A DNA stretch of 64,000 nt from Akkermansia sp. (GTDB lineage Bacteria; Verrucomicrobiota; Verrucomicrobiia; Verrucomicrobiales; Akkermansiaceae): contig JAZRKW010000090.1 of NCBI GenBank assembly GCA_045646505.1, forward strand, positions 18,955-82,954, read 5' to 3'. The translations under genes and the position numbers were made by a program. Under the pieces are notes generated by a model that searched no databases, was not told the origin of the DNA, and saw only the letters and a program-made list of their open reading frames with translations. Positions 48,201 through 59,200 of this stretch are shown here, one piece after another. The stretch's first letter is position 1; each line of letters starts with the position of its first letter.

Positions 48201-51200
48201 TTCCAGTCCAGGTTTTCCACTCCATAATCACTCTTCCACACATCCAGCTCACCGGCCACAACATCATCAATGTAGCCGCCATCCCCCGAAGTGAAGATGT
48301 AATTTGTGGTGTCCGTATGTACATTGCCGGCAGCATCGAAATAATCAGAATTGATGACAACGGACAGCGGTGCCACGCGCCCCTGGATGACGACATTCTC
48401 ATACCTGTAGGCGGCCTGCTTGTCTTCGGAAGCGGCTCTCCAGCTGATGGTGTGACCATCCACCGTCACGGAATCAGCAGGGTGCCCGTCCTGCAAATAC
48501 AAATCACCAAGCTTCACTATCGGAGTCTCCACACTCGTAAGCTTGGAAGTCTCTGTCCAAGCGACTGGCTCATACAGATTACCGAAGAGAACCGTCATGC
48601 CATTCTCGAAATAGGTATTTTCCTTCCAGCGGTAATCATAGGTATCCGGCAGCGTATCCGGCTTATCAGTCCATATATTGCCAGGCGCAAAGGTCTTTTC
48701 ATCGCGTGTCACACTGGTTTTGCCAGACCAGGTGCAGCGGGGGTCACCATAGACACGAATGACCAGGTAATCGTTCTTATCCGGACTGGCATAAGTACCG
48801 CCACTGCTGTCCAGTGTATCCAGAACACCGAAATAGCCATAGCCCAGCGACATGATACGGCTCTGGAACGAAGAAGAGTCTCCCTTGTCTCCAATTACAA
48901 TATTATCAGCCTCAGCAAGATAGAAATATGTATGCTTACGATCATCTATCTTTACCTTGGAGAAGTTCACACCGGTCAGGTTGATAGCCAGTTTTTCGGG
49001 CGAGGCATCAAGGAATTGCAGCGTGCCGTTCACATCCAGCAGCGGATTCACCGGTCGCACGCCCGTCGCCGCATCTTTATCATAGGAACTATCCGGCACC
49101 ATGCCGTTGGGCAGGAAGGTAAGAGCCGTGTCTGTGGAAAAGATGACATTGCCGTCCACCACAGCAGCGGTCGGCTCCGTATCTGCACCGGTATTGGGCG
49201 TAAATACAGTGAGAGTCTTGCCGGTATTCAGTGTCACATCATCGCTGGTGGCCACAACCTTATACCCCGACTGCATACCGGACTTAGCATTGGCATCGAT
49301 GGGGTCCCACCCGACTTCCGTTGTCACACCAAGTTTGGTGACAGACCCACCCACCAGATTCAGATTACCTTTCAGATTCAGGTTGTTGAAGCCAAGCGTG
49401 CCTTCATACACGGAAACATCATCCAGAACGGCGGTATGGATATACTGAGAAGAAGCACTGGCCTTAATCAGGCTCAGGCTTTCCTGAGCCATGCTGTGCC
49501 CGCCGAAATACCAATCATCGGTATGCTTCAGGAAGCCATCGCCCCAGGGTACATGAGCCTGAGACGTGCCGACATATGCCTGCGCAAAGCCCATGGCACC
49601 TGAGTAAATGTAGGTGGAAGTGTTCGTTTTATCGCCGACCTCACCCAGACTCAGCGTATTCAGGCCATTGGTAAGAGTACGCACATGCCACACCTCATCA
49701 TGCTGCAGCATGGATGAAATAAACTTGCGGTCATTGATACGATTCGCATTATTGGATGAATTATTTTCAGGATAATCCCAACCGCAGCCTTGGAAATTGG
49801 CTGAAAGACCTTTCAGCGTAGCATCCCCGTTCAGCATCAGGATATTGTTGTAAGTCTGGCGCGGGAGGTCCCGGTACGCATCATCCTCGTAAGCCGTGGG
49901 GTTATTTTTCTCATCCTTGCCCATCTTCACGCTTTCGCGCGTCATGTCTATATGCGCCTGCGACAACTTTTCCCCCTTGAGTACCACCTGCACAGTACCA
50001 GCCGTACGCTCATTCAACTGATTAGACGGCAGGGGCGAGGTATTCACGGTGTTCTTCATCACCACCTTACCCTGGAAACGGTTGAGAGCTTTTCCGCTCT
50101 CCGCATCGTAGATATAGCTATTCTCACCGACCGTATCCTCATTCAGCGTAATAGAGGTAGTATAGCTCTGGTCACGCTCATTGGCCCAGGTGGAGCAATA
50201 GCCCGTGAGTTCCAGCGTATCATTCGCGCTGGTATTCACCCAGATTGCATTACCCTTATCATCTTTGGTCTCATACCCGGCACCGACCAGAGCGCCGGAA
50301 AGAGTCAGATTACGCCAATGGCGTGGAATATTGGAAATATTCTTATCACCCTGGTCAGTTTCATTAAACGCAGCATAAGCAAACGAAACCTTGAAGCGCC
50401 CGGCAAAGTCGTCCTCAGCAGTTGTTTTGGTGCTGTAAAGGATAATATCATTCCGCAGAGTCGAACCACGGAACCCGGAAACAGCATCATCACTATGCTG
50501 GTAGCAGATCATCAGTTCCGCACCTGTACGGAACATCGTGTCGTCCACTACATCAACAATGCCGGTATTAGTCGGGGTCTGCCCTTGTACATCAAAGCTC
50601 CATTCCTGGTCTGTATGGAACTTAAGCGCACCAGTACCAGCGGCACCTACCGTGGCCACATACAGGCCACCGTTCTGCACATCGATACCACCAGAAAATG
50701 TATTGGTCAGGTTGAGCACCACCAGACCCTCCCCTTGCATCGTAATGGAGGTGGGAGTTACATTCCCTTCTGCATCCACATAGTCCGCGATGCAGCCCGA
50801 ACCATCATGACTCACCAGGGCATAGGCATATTCCATGTGGAATTGTGCATCACTAGAGGCAGGGTCGCGGAAACCGGCGTTCTTATCGGCATCAAAAATG
50901 ATATGCCCGGGAGCCACCTGGCCCACAATCTCCACCATGCGGTGCACCTCATCCTCTCCATCCACATCGGTATCCAGGAAGTAAACGGTGTTGCCATCCA
51001 CATACTTGCCGATATCATCGTTGTGAGAACCGGCAGCGCGCTGCTCATGCCAGCCTGTATTTTCAGCCGAACCATCGGCACGCCACACATTACCCATGGT
51101 CAGGTTGATGTGGTGCACATCGTCAATAGTATGTCCTGTATCCTCACCGCTCCATATATAACCCACCAGGTCCTTATGCACAGGCTGAGAATTCACGACA

Positions 51201-54200
51201 ATACCGTAATGTCGGACCTCATCCTTCAACTGAAGGTAGATGATTTTGCCGTCCTGTACATAGCCAGCATCGTAGAAATGGCCATTCTTATCCTCCACCA
51301 TCACCACGTTATCCTTAAACGTGTATTGAGTAGAGTCGGACAACTGGTACAAGGCTATCTTCTCACCACCGGAAATACCGGAAAGATTGGTATACACCCG
51401 CAGAGAATCCAAATCCAGTGTGGTATCAGTCTTCAGATTGAAAATGGCGCTTGCATCCTGCTGCCAGGTACCAGCAGCGGCCATGTTGACATACATGGCA
51501 GGAATCCAGCTGGACGCATTCGGAGCTCCGATATTGATTGCATTGGTTCCTGATTCTCCATATACGTCTACCAGATTCAGGGTGACCCCATAACTATTCG
51601 GCGTCTGGTTATTCGTATACCAGGTAGAGCCACCATAGAGAGACATAGTACCCAGGCTGACATTAGAACCAGTCGTGACCTTGGCTCCGTCGAATACCGC
51701 CATTGAGGTTATATTCGTCTCGCTGCCAATCATCTGCAGTTCGCCCTCCTTCACCAGAACCTGGTCCAGATACACACTGCCTCTGAAAATCTGCGTATTG
51801 CTTCCCACCTTGGTAAGGCTGAGCGCCCCGGTTGCCATGGTCAGGCAATTGGTTTCAACCGTGGAGGTCGTAGTGGTGGTTATCGTACCACCACTGTTGT
51901 TAGTGGAGGTTGTGGTGGTCGTAGTGCTGGTCTTGCCGGTGGCCTGTCCACCGGAGTAGAACCGTCCGTCGCCCACGGTGCCGCCAAAATCGCAATCCTT
52001 CCCATCCGAGCCAAGCGTCAGCACAGGCGAGGGGCGGTTGCTGCCGTTCTTCACATTAGACACGATGAAGGCCCCGGCACCACCATCGACACCGGCTACC
52101 TGGGCATCGCCCACCAGCCCCAGCACCTGCTCCGTCGCTGTTCCACTCTTTTGGGAAGCCTTGTCGGTCATTGAATCAAGCGTGAGATCAATGACCGTAT
52201 TTTTCCAGCGGGTATCACCGGCATCCGCAATATTCACGTTGCCGATATTAAGCTGCACGATACCGCCGTGCGGGTTTGCCAGACAAAGCGTGCCGGAGAA
52301 CCAGGCCTCCGGGGTAGCATAATCCGTGAATGTAAAGGTGCTGGCAGTACCGTACTGATATGTCTTTGAAGTGGTGGTATCACTCTCCTTGACTGAAGAC
52401 GGATCAAGGTTTCGGGAACCTATTGTATTGTGCGCCACCAGCTTCAACTCACCAGCGCCACCCAGGTGTCCATCCAGATACCAGTTCCCCCAATCTCCGA
52501 TTTCACCGTGAAGCTGCGCGGCATCCCCGGAAGTAGGAGATGTCGTGACGGTGATATTGCCGCCGAAATGGCGGTCGGCCCTGTGGTCAACCAAATCCGC
52601 CCCTTCACCGCTGGTCTTCAGATTCTCACCCAGGTAAAGGTCTGCCCCCTCGCTTATCTGCAGGTTGGAGAAGCGGATGAGAGACTCTATGCCCTCCGGG
52701 TCGCCGCTCCAGCTGCCACCGGAGTATGTATCGTGCGCCTTATATGGCAGAGCCGGGTCGTGCGCATCCTGATACATCTCAATATAAAGCAGATTACCTT
52801 CTGCCATGTCATGCGGCAGATCCAGCTTATGCTGAATGGTGATGATGACATTATTATCGGCATCCGTCCCCAGTACGCCGTGGTAAAGCGCATCTGCACT
52901 CTCGACTCGCACCCAGGTCGTGGAATCCGTCACATAGCCGCCACCATTCGAGGTGCTGGCCAGGGTCAGCACGGATTTCTCTTTCAGCGGAATTCCGGTG
53001 TTCGTCAGAGTCACACCCAGGCGGAAATCCAGCAGTACGTTATCCAGGTGGAAGAGGGCATTCTTACCATCAGCCCCCCAGTCTGCATCGGCCAGTGAAA
53101 TCATACCCGGAAGCGTGAGCACAGCAGGCTCAGGCTCTACGCCATCCACAGCAGGGCAGCTGAAGGTCACTTTACCATTTGCCCCGCCTACATCTTCCAG
53201 ACTCAGCAGACCGTTCAGCGTGTTATGCTCGCCCGCCATCTTCCACACAGCACCGCCGTGCATGTGTGAACCGGTCAGGGTGATGGAGGAGTCTCCCGTC
53301 TGCAACAGGCCATCGCCACGCAGACGAAGCGTACCGGCAGTCAGATTCCCCGAACAGATGAGAGAAGCTCTCAACTTTTCATCCATACTGAAACCATTGA
53401 GTGATTCCGTGCCGATTTGCAGGTCATGCTCCACAATGATATCCTTTGCCTCAAGCCTGCCCCCATTCGTCACGCCCAAAGCCAGGGTTTCCACCGTTCC
53501 TGAAACAATCAACTCACTTCCACTGCCGGAAACGCCCAGGTTGTTACCGACGCTTACGTTGGAGGCAGAAACGGAGGCTGAAACGCCATTCTCGCTCACG
53601 ACACCCATCTCATAGGCAACAGAGATATCATCATTAACCTGCACGCTGCCGCCCGTCACCAGAAATTCCGCAGCGCCCTCCTGCTCGCCGGTTACAGTGA
53701 GATTCTTAACCAGAAGCTCACCCCCGCTGACGGTCACAAAAGCAGTTTCCAGAGACCGTCCGTAGATGTTATCGTAGTACCCGGCATCATCAAAGCGCAG
53801 GGTACCCTCCTGCACGGAAACAGAGTGCAGACGGTTCTCATTGTTAGATACATTGGAGGTAATTGTCTGCTGATTGGCTCCTACCTTGATAAGGTCCAGA
53901 GAGGAGGGCGTATTGCTGCCGTTGGTCTGAGTCGCGGTGGTATAGTAGCTGCCGTTGAAGGTACCGCTGTATACATAGTCCTGCCCCTCTTCATCACCCA
54001 GCGTGAGATCGTAGAAGAAGTCTCCGGATTCAGAGGTTACAGTGCCTGAGTTGGCACCGCCGCTCAGACCAGCAATGCTGACATTACCACGGATATTCAA
54101 TATCGTCCGGGCCGGAGCCTCGCTCGTGCTGATACCATAGCCGTCAGGAGCTGTACCGATGCCGGACATATCGAATTCCGTTTTGCTCCAGGCTTCACTT

Positions 54201-55945
54201 GAGCCGGTCTTTGCGCCCAGGTCAAGCTCTACAATTCCACCACAGGAAGCGCCGAATTTGATAGTACCGTCGAACCAGCCGGAGGCCTGATTGTCGTTGA
54301 AAATGAAAATGACCGCATTATTCGCTGCGGCATTGCTGGAAAGTGTAAGTTCCCCGCCGCCGGAGAGTGTGCCATAGTTAAAAACTCCGCTACCCGCCAC
54401 CTGGTACACAGCATGCGCCGTGGCACTTGCCAGATTCAGGAAACCGCCTTTTCTGGTGGCGCTGTCATGTTCCAGAGATTCGGCGTGCAGCACACTGCCG
54501 GTATACCCTTTGTCAACAACAATCTCCCCTGTATAACCGGAGCCTAGATACAAGTTACCACCGGCCAGAGTAAATGAGCTCGGGGTGCCTGCAATCTGAG
54601 AACCACCGTTCCAGCCAGAGAAATTAACCGTGGCCGTAACCGACGTCCCTAATACGCTAGATCCTGTTACAGATTGACTCAGGGATGAGTCCCAACTGGT
54701 TGCATACCAGTTTCCGTAAGTCAGATTATGACCGTTTACCGAAGTATTTGTATGGAAAGACGTATTCGTGCCATTCGTAATGGCATTTGCCGGAAGGGGC
54801 TGATCTGCTACTGGTTCAGGCTCCGCTGCGCGCATGGAGAAGCTACGCATCATCATGCGTGGCGCCGGAACGGCAGCAGCCACCGCCGGCTCTGAATCTG
54901 TCGTTTCTTTCAGGATATCCTCTTCCTTTTTTTCCGATTCCTCAGATTCCTGCTCCCCGGATTCCGGTGCAGTAGCCAGGAAATTCTCCACCGCTCCGGC
55001 GCTGGTGTTCATGCCGGCGGTGAAATCCGGCTGCGGGGTGGCAGTCGGTGCCTGGGGAGCTGCGACGAGAGTCTGCGTCTGAGCCACATGACCACTGGCA
55101 ACCGTGGTACCAACCTTCTGCGGAGCCTGTCTGTATAGGGAACGACCGCCCAACCCCATACCCCAGGGAGCATGGTAACCCACCACACTATGCTGCATAA
55201 TGCGGCCACGGTTGGTCTTGAACAAGGCATCTCGATAAGCGGCCATGCTATCCTGCCCGTGGTTCAGAGCCTCGGTGAAACGGGCCATGAGCTCATCGTT
55301 CACACCGGCAGCGGCATCAAATCTTCCATAGCCGGACTGCCGCAAGTTGCGAGCCAGCGTTTCCAGCAGGCGGCGGCCTTCTGCGCTATCGAGGTGGTCA
55401 TCGTCCTCAATCAGAGCCTCGAGCACCCACTGGCGCTCCTCATCGCTGAGCGCCATATCCTCATTTTCCGAAGACAGGCGCTGCAGCATGTCCTCCAGCC
55501 GGCTGCTGCCCGCGCCACCCCGTGCATTCAACCAGCGGCGGCTGAACACGCGGGTCCAGGCCTGCGCATAAGCAGTGGCAGGCTGCAGAGCTTCATCTTC
55601 TGCCAGCATCTGGCGTGCCAGAGAAACAGCCTCGCGCCGCAAGGCAGCCTGGCGCTCCAGCCGAGCCTGCATGATAACAGGAGAGTTCCGCAGAGCACCC
55701 AGCTGTTCCTCGGCATACACCTCCTCGAATTTCTCGCCCTTTTCACCCGTCACGCGGATGACACGCGGTGCATTCTCCGGGGTTTCCTCCGGCATGACCC
55801 ACCAGTAATCCAGCATGCGCATTTCCTGAGCCTCTGCCACACCTATACCCATGCTGACTGCGGCCAGAAAATAGCGCAGCCATCCGCGATGAACAGGTTG
55901 CGGTTGAACATGAAACTTTACATCGGTTATGCGGGTTAAACTCAT
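45293..55945 (-). CDS. Giant (3550 aa) surface protein with autotransporter-passenger (PATR) repeats and PEP-CTERM sorting signal
   Basis: LIKVGANQQ, LTKVGSNTQ, LTKLGKGTTIMTTDNRFTGGTEILGG; ends VPEPATATLSLAALVALCARRRRK. Confidence 0.9.
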   Translation of the reverse strand: MSLTRITDVKFHVQPQPVHRGWLRYFLAAVSMGIGVAEAQEMRMLDYWWVMPEETPENAPRVIRVTGEKGEKFEEVYAEEQLGALRNSPVIMQARLERQAALRREAVSLARQMLAEDEALQPATAYAQAWTRVFSRRWLNARGGAGSSRLEDMLQRLSSENEDMALSDEERQWVLEALIEDDDHLDSAEGRRLLETLARNLRQSGYGRFDAAAGVNDELMARFTEALNHGQDSMAAYRDALFKTNRGRIMQHSVVGYHAPWGMGLGGRSLYRQAPQKVGTTVASGHVAQTQTLVAAPQAPTATPQPDFTAGMNTSAGAVENFLATAPESGEQESEESEKKEEDILKETTDSEPAVAAAVPAPRMMMRSFSMRAAEPEPVADQPLPANAITNGTNTSFHTNTSVNGHNLTYGNWYATSWDSSLSQSVTGSSVLGTSVTATVNFSGWNGGSQIAGTPSSFTLAGGNLYLGSGYTGEIVVDKGYTGSVLHAESLEHDSATRKGGFLNLASATAHAVYQVAGSGVFNYGTLSGGGELTLSSNAAANNAVIFIFNDNQASGWFDGTIKFGASCGGIVELDLGAKTGSSEAWSKTEFDMSGIGTAPDGYGISTSEAPARTILNIRGNVSIAGLSGGANSGTVTSESGDFFYDLTLGDEEGQDYVYSGTFNGSYYTTATQTNGSNTPSSLDLIKVGANQQTITSNVSNNENRLHSVSVQEGTLRFDDAGYYDNIYGRSLETAFVTVSGGELLVKNLTVTGEQEGAAEFLVTGGSVQVNDDISVAYEMGVVSENGVSASVSASNVSVGNNLGVSGSGSELIVSGTVETLALGVTNGGRLEAKDIIVEHDLQIGTESLNGFSMDEKLRASLICSGNLTAGTLRLRGDGLLQTGDSSITLTGSHMHGGAVWKMAGEHNTLNGLLSLEDVGGANGKVTFSCPAVDGVEPEPAVLTLPGMISLADADWGADGKNALFHLDNVLLDFRLGVTLTNTGIPLKEKSVLTLASTSNGGGYVTDSTTWVRVESADALYHGVLGTDADNNVIITIQHKLDLPHDMAEGNLLYIEMYQDAHDPALPYKAHDTYSGGSWSGDPEGIESLIRFSNLQISEGADLYLGENLKTSGEGADLVDHRADRHFGGNITVTTSPTSGDAAQLHGEIGDWGNWYLDGHLGGAGELKLVAHNTIGSRNLDPSSVKESDTTTSKTYQYGTASTFTFTDYATPEAWFSGTLCLANPHGGIVQLNIGNVNIADAGDTRWKNTVIDLTLDSMTDKASQKSGTATEQVLGLVGDAQVAGVDGGAGAFIVSNVKNGSNRPSPVLTLGSDGKDCDFGGTVGDGRFYSGGQATGKTSTTTTTTSTNNSGGTITTTTTSTVETNCLTMATGALSLTKVGSNTQIFRGSVYLDQVLVKEGELQMIGSETNITSMAVFDGAKVTTGSNVSLGTMSLYGGSTWYTNNQTPNSYGVTLNLVDVYGESGTNAINIGAPNASSWIPAMYVNMAAAGTWQQDASAIFNLKTDTTLDLDSLRVYTNLSGISGGEKIALYQLSDSTQYTFKDNVVMVEDKNGHFYDAGYVQDGKIIYLQLKDEVRHYGIVVNSQPVHKDLVGYIWSGEDTGHTIDDVHHINLTMGNVWRADGSAENTGWHEQRAAGSHNDDIGKYVDGNTVYFLDTDVDGEDEVHRMVEIVGQVAPGHIIFDADKNAGFRDPASSDAQFHMEYAYALVSHDGSGCIADYVDAEGNVTPTSITMQGEGLVVLNLTNTFSGGIDVQNGGLYVATVGAAGTGALKFHTDQEWSFDVQGQTPTNTGIVDVVDDTMFRTGAELMICYQHSDDAVSGFRGSTLRNDIILYSTKTTAEDDFAGRFKVSFAYAAFNETDQGDKNISNIPRHWRNLTLSGALVGAGYETKDDKGNAIWVNTSANDTLELTGYCSTWANERDQSYTTSITLNEDTVGENSYIYDAESGKALNRFQGKVVMKNTVNTSPLPSNQLNERTAGTVQVVLKGEKLSQAHIDMTRESVKMGKDEKNNPTAYEDDAYRDLPRQTYNNILMLNGDATLKGLSANFQGCGWDYPENNSSNNANRINDRKFISSMLQHDEVWHVRTLTNGLNTLSLGEVGDKTNTSTYIYSGAMGFAQAYVGTSQAHVPWGDGFLKHTDDWYFGGHSMAQESLSLIKASASSQYIHTAVLDDVSVYEGTLGFNNLNLKGNLNLVGGSVTKLGVTTEVGWDPIDANAKSGMQSGYKVVATSDDVTLNTGKTLTVFTPNTGADTEPTAAVVDGNVIFSTDTALTFLPNGMVPDSSYDKDAATGVRPVNPLLDVNGTLQFLDASPEKLAINLTGVNFSKVKIDDRKHTYFYLAEADNIVIGDKGDSSSFQSRIMSLGYGYFGVLDTLDSSGGTYASPDKNDYLVIRVYGDPRCTWSGKTSVTRDEKTFAPGNIWTDKPDTLPDTYDYRWKENTYFENGMTVLFGNLYEPVAWTETSKLTSVETPIVKLGDLYLQDGHPADSVTVDGHTISWRAASEDKQAAYRYENVVIQGRVAPLSVVINSDYFDAAGNVHTDTTNYIFTSGDGGYIDDVVAGELDVWKSDYGVENLDWKTNLTKLGKGTTIMTTDNRFTGGTEILGGRIVMQHVNALGAVYNTVDDDNPLFTGNDCTITLMNGGELMGDFNDESFPGNHEENITTSMGAAMDTTTIRNKVVVNVYANTDDPDYDTLVDGRIFNNTEHKLVLTKLEGESDTVVEFVGVGYTAEQAQAQTGAENKFRYGVFKVLDPSGFSGTVTLTGKHWELSDDGQTADLVNGGNVQLNLMSHTKSEGKDWTKATVDLSIKDGTDRTVLGLDATGQATAEPGYECVYLNSIHGQVKSGSSSVLNMSAHNELTLILTGTRSGAYEGVMGYGDFEVSVDYGGYAGLHGTTQHHYGAIGFGSLNLIKQGEGSTQSARRAWLNAVTVEGGTFKVDEALVARTLTTGGGKRVMVGDVDTSTLYALAVGKGGTLAMNTTFNVAGTKKDAWEGVAAGTTVGDSTTPAGWVLLEDGATLSAREDWYTRKQVDMAPGAHVTINTRNFIVDPYLTVQHDAQVKNEVVNKYEYSHIIQLLGQFSGRNVHLTFDNLLTDADNKDAYMLPMTDSPYMGYVALNDLNDLKGSSSVYVDSMTALQLLNANGGEKADVDIIVAGKNATLQILDRVTNYNSSHVSSTSDSMVQYIDRIRFGANVDIDPEKDPLDRLNTGQLLLGGVEQRALAVGDSRVEKPNTADRQVIISSRHNTTDWEYVVSRLEGKELGKDAQGVRLQGEVTNLNIDMRGSAVKLGGDAAERTEMNSVHVDMANSDISHTIYQTNLRNSLVHLMEDCSINIADAVLVDSKSAVRGVTLKYDEKYNLIGHTVNPCTTNPNVALGNDKTSKIKEVTTSVNTTVQLTFADRPAGNADVYTSVNGSTILVLQADQLLGVDVTGNGLTIQLHEDMFNYGYQAGARFIAVMMGGDSGQFLYEADNTRFSSLLNSQFVLQDAKGQQLTGHWVTSTYVSDNVGMKVTPYMLYFEVPEPATATLSLAALVALCARRRRKSE

Positions 55946-55977
55946 GAGGAAAAAATCCAGTTTCAGCGAGCGCGGAG

Positions 55978-56005
55978 ATTCTACTCTCTATTATTTTTTT
56001 TACAA
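55978..56005 (-). promoter_or_regulatory. Promoter TTGTAA-N16-TAGAAT containing an A8 run
   Basis: Read on the minus strand, 32 bp upstream of the ATG at 55945. Confidence 0.55.
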
Positions 56006-56295
56006 GGGTAATATGTTTGATTGCAACACACTAACTTACCCCCCCACTACAACAATATATAGTATCCACTAATGCAACCATACAACATATTGTTTTACCC
56101 AAACAAATAATTCATGTATGATACAAAACTCGATTCCCTTCCTATACCACTAACAGAAAATCATATACACACCACATACAAACAAATCTCTGAGTATGAC
56201 AAAATGACAGACTTTTCCGGGTGATGCAACCCGGAAAACAAAAGGGATACCATGGACTCAACTCTGCGGTCGAGCGAGTCCGGTTGGTGCGCCAC

Positions 56296-59200
56296 TTACC
56301 CCCGTCTTCTGCGGCGGGCGCAAAGCGCCGTGAGCGCCAGCAGCCCCAGAGTGCTTGTCGTGGGCTCAGGCACCTTCATTTCCAGATAAACCACGTCTGC
56401 ATGCGAGTCATACACCAGCATGGTCTGGGAGTCGATATAGTCGCAACCGGTCAGGAAGTTGTCTGCCCGGGTATAGTAAACGCCGGGTTCCTGAGCCGTC
56501 TCAGTGATATCGCCGTAAATGAACTTCACGCTGCTGACATCGCTGAAGAGCACCAGCTGCACTTTCCCATAAAGATTCTCATAGGGCACATCCAGCGTAG
56601 TGTTGAAGGTCAGCTGGTTGTCTATCAGAGTATCGAGCGTCAGAGAGCCGCCCATCAGACTGATATGACCACTATCTGTCCTGTAGGTGGAACCACCAGC
56701 CAGGGTGAGCCCCACATCGGCCTTCACGCCGGCAACGGCCTGCTGGTTGATGGCAATATCAGCATCAAACCGGCCTTTATATGCTAGAAGAACACCGTCA
56801 TCCAGATCCAGCTGATGATATGCATTGATTTCTCCATCATCAGCCAGCACAACATCCTTCACCGTTACAGAAGCGGCCTTCTCCAGTTTACTGATATCAT
56901 CGTAGGCATACACCGTCTCAGCCTTGATTGCCGAAAGCTCGGCGCCAGCCGCCACGCTGACCATGCCGTGCGACACGAGTACAGCCCCCGTTCCCATATC
57001 AACCTTATCCGTCTGGTCAGGCACGAGGCCTGTGGAACTCAGCTGCAGCGATTCACCAGCCTCGATGGATACATTACCGCCAATCTGCACCGAAGCCTGC
57101 TGACCAGACACAGCTATGCTGCCTTCGCTATAGCTGCCGTTCTTCACCTGTATACTTGCCTTATCACCCTCCACCCGGAAATCGCCGGTATAATCCGTGA
57201 TAGTACCAAAGGAGGCCGTGGCTCCCGAGCCGGTGGGGTCAGACACCACCACAGAGCCCTTGCCGGTAAGCAGATCAGATTCGGCGCTTACCCCCTTCTT
57301 CTCTATGGGAGCACCGCGAAGCAGGAGCGTGCCATTCTCTCCCAGGGTGGTAGTAGCGGCGCTGTAGCCATTGTCAGCCATATGCAGTATGCGCGCAGTG
57401 GATTCCGTACCGACAATGGATACATCGCCCAGAATTTCATCTTCCACCGAAGCCAACGTAGTGACCAGCTGAGAGCCAGTGGTGCCATCCTCCACAGTTA
57501 CATGCAAATCGGCATTCTCCCCAAGCACCACCGCGCCCGCACCATTAGCCGTAGAGCCAAGCCCCTTGGCGCTCTGCACATCCACCACACCACGCGTGAT
57601 GACGGTACCGCCTGTGTACGAGGAATCACCGTTAAGCACCAGGGTACCTTCGCCGGAATGCAGCACGCCGCCATCCCCTGTAATGTCGCCACTCAGGGTG
57701 AATTCGACCGCTTGTCCCAACGTGGAAATGAGCGCCGCCGTCTGCTTACTGGTTGAATCATGAGCCTTCCACTGCTCATCACCGTTTCCGTAAAGATAAA
57801 TATCATTGGCAAGGCTCTTCGTTTCATCCTCACCATAGCCGCCGATATAGGTGAGCATCAATGAAGAACCGGCATTCACCTGAACCGCACCGGAGCCCAC
57901 AGTACCCCAGCCACGCAGGCGGAGCGTGCCTGCCTCCACCAGCGTTCCGACGGTGTAGCTGGTATCCTTAATTTTAATTTCTCCGCTGTAACTGTTCGTC
58001 TGGTCAAGATCCAGCGTTCCCTCGCCCACCTTGCGCAGCGCGGCATTGCCTGAAAGAAAGCCGGAATAATAGGCCTCATTGTAACCGTTAGCGGAGAGGA
58101 AGGTAACCGCCGTGGCATTCACAGAACTATCCTTCACCAGCAGCATCTTGCTACGGTCAATCTCCGTTCCGGCAGTATAGGCTGTGCCGTCTGCATACAG
58201 CGCATCCACGGCGATGGACTTCAGGTTATGAGTATCGATTACCACATACGTATCCTCACCTTTCGTCACCTTAGTGGTCCCCTTGCAGAAATCTGCCAGC
58301 ACTCCCTTGAGCGCACCCTCCACTCCAATGGTGATGACGGCGCCCTCACCGCTGACCGTACCATTGTTGTAGATATGGGCACCATGCCCCAGATAAAGCT
58401 CAGCAGCTGAACCGGTCCATTCGATGTCACCCGTGCCGGCCACACCGGAGGATACAGGGGACGCACCCTTAGTGAAGTCTTCCGATGTACTGGTCCCCAG
58501 CAGGTAAAGGCGACCATTCTTCAGCTCGGTACCGCCGGTGTAGGTATTGCTGCTGCCGAGGATATAGTGCACCCCTTTGCCGTCTTTGACAAGCTTGCCA
58601 TCGTCCTTAATCAAGCCGCTGAATACCGCATAGCCGAAGCCGGTCGTCCCCAGGAACTGGTCATAGGACGTAGAGTCCCCCGTATATTCAACCGGCATGT
58701 ATTCTGTATAATAGGCAGAATCTTCTACCGTTTGCAGCGTCAGCGTGCTGCCGTTCAGCTCCACCGTGCCCGCACCGCTCAAGGAACGCAGCGTCAGATC
58801 TGCAGTGTCAGTGGTTTCCGGGTCTGTGGTTTCCTGGTCTGTGGTTTCCGGGGCTGTGGCGTTCAGTTTCAGTTTTGCACCGGCAGCCAGCACCATATCC
58901 GTCGCAGCAGCGTCGGTGGTCTTGGTAACCCCAAATGTCCCCTGCTGCACCAATATCGTACCGGTTATCTTCTCATCAACCTTCTCCACCGAGTGGGTAA
59001 TAAAATCACCCGCGCCCAGCTTAGTGAGGGTATTCCCCGCCAGCTTGATGGAATCCATATAGAGAGCCTCCTGCGCCACTACCTTAACGGAAGCACTGCC
59101 AGTGAGCTCCACTTTCGGAAGGTAAATCTCATTTACATTGGCATTTGTATCATCCGCGGTCTGCGTGCTTTGCCCCATGTAGAGAGCCCCCTTGCCATCA

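Noticed and set aside
46757-51553. 948-aa and 533-aa plus-strand ORFs
   Set aside because: Antisense to the giant PEP-CTERM gene; His/Ile/Arg-rich composition is the mirror of its codon usage
56213-56238. Hairpin ttttccggg...cccggaaaa as intrinsic terminator
   Set aside because: The T-runs precede the stem on both strands, so there is no trailing U-tract; function unsupported
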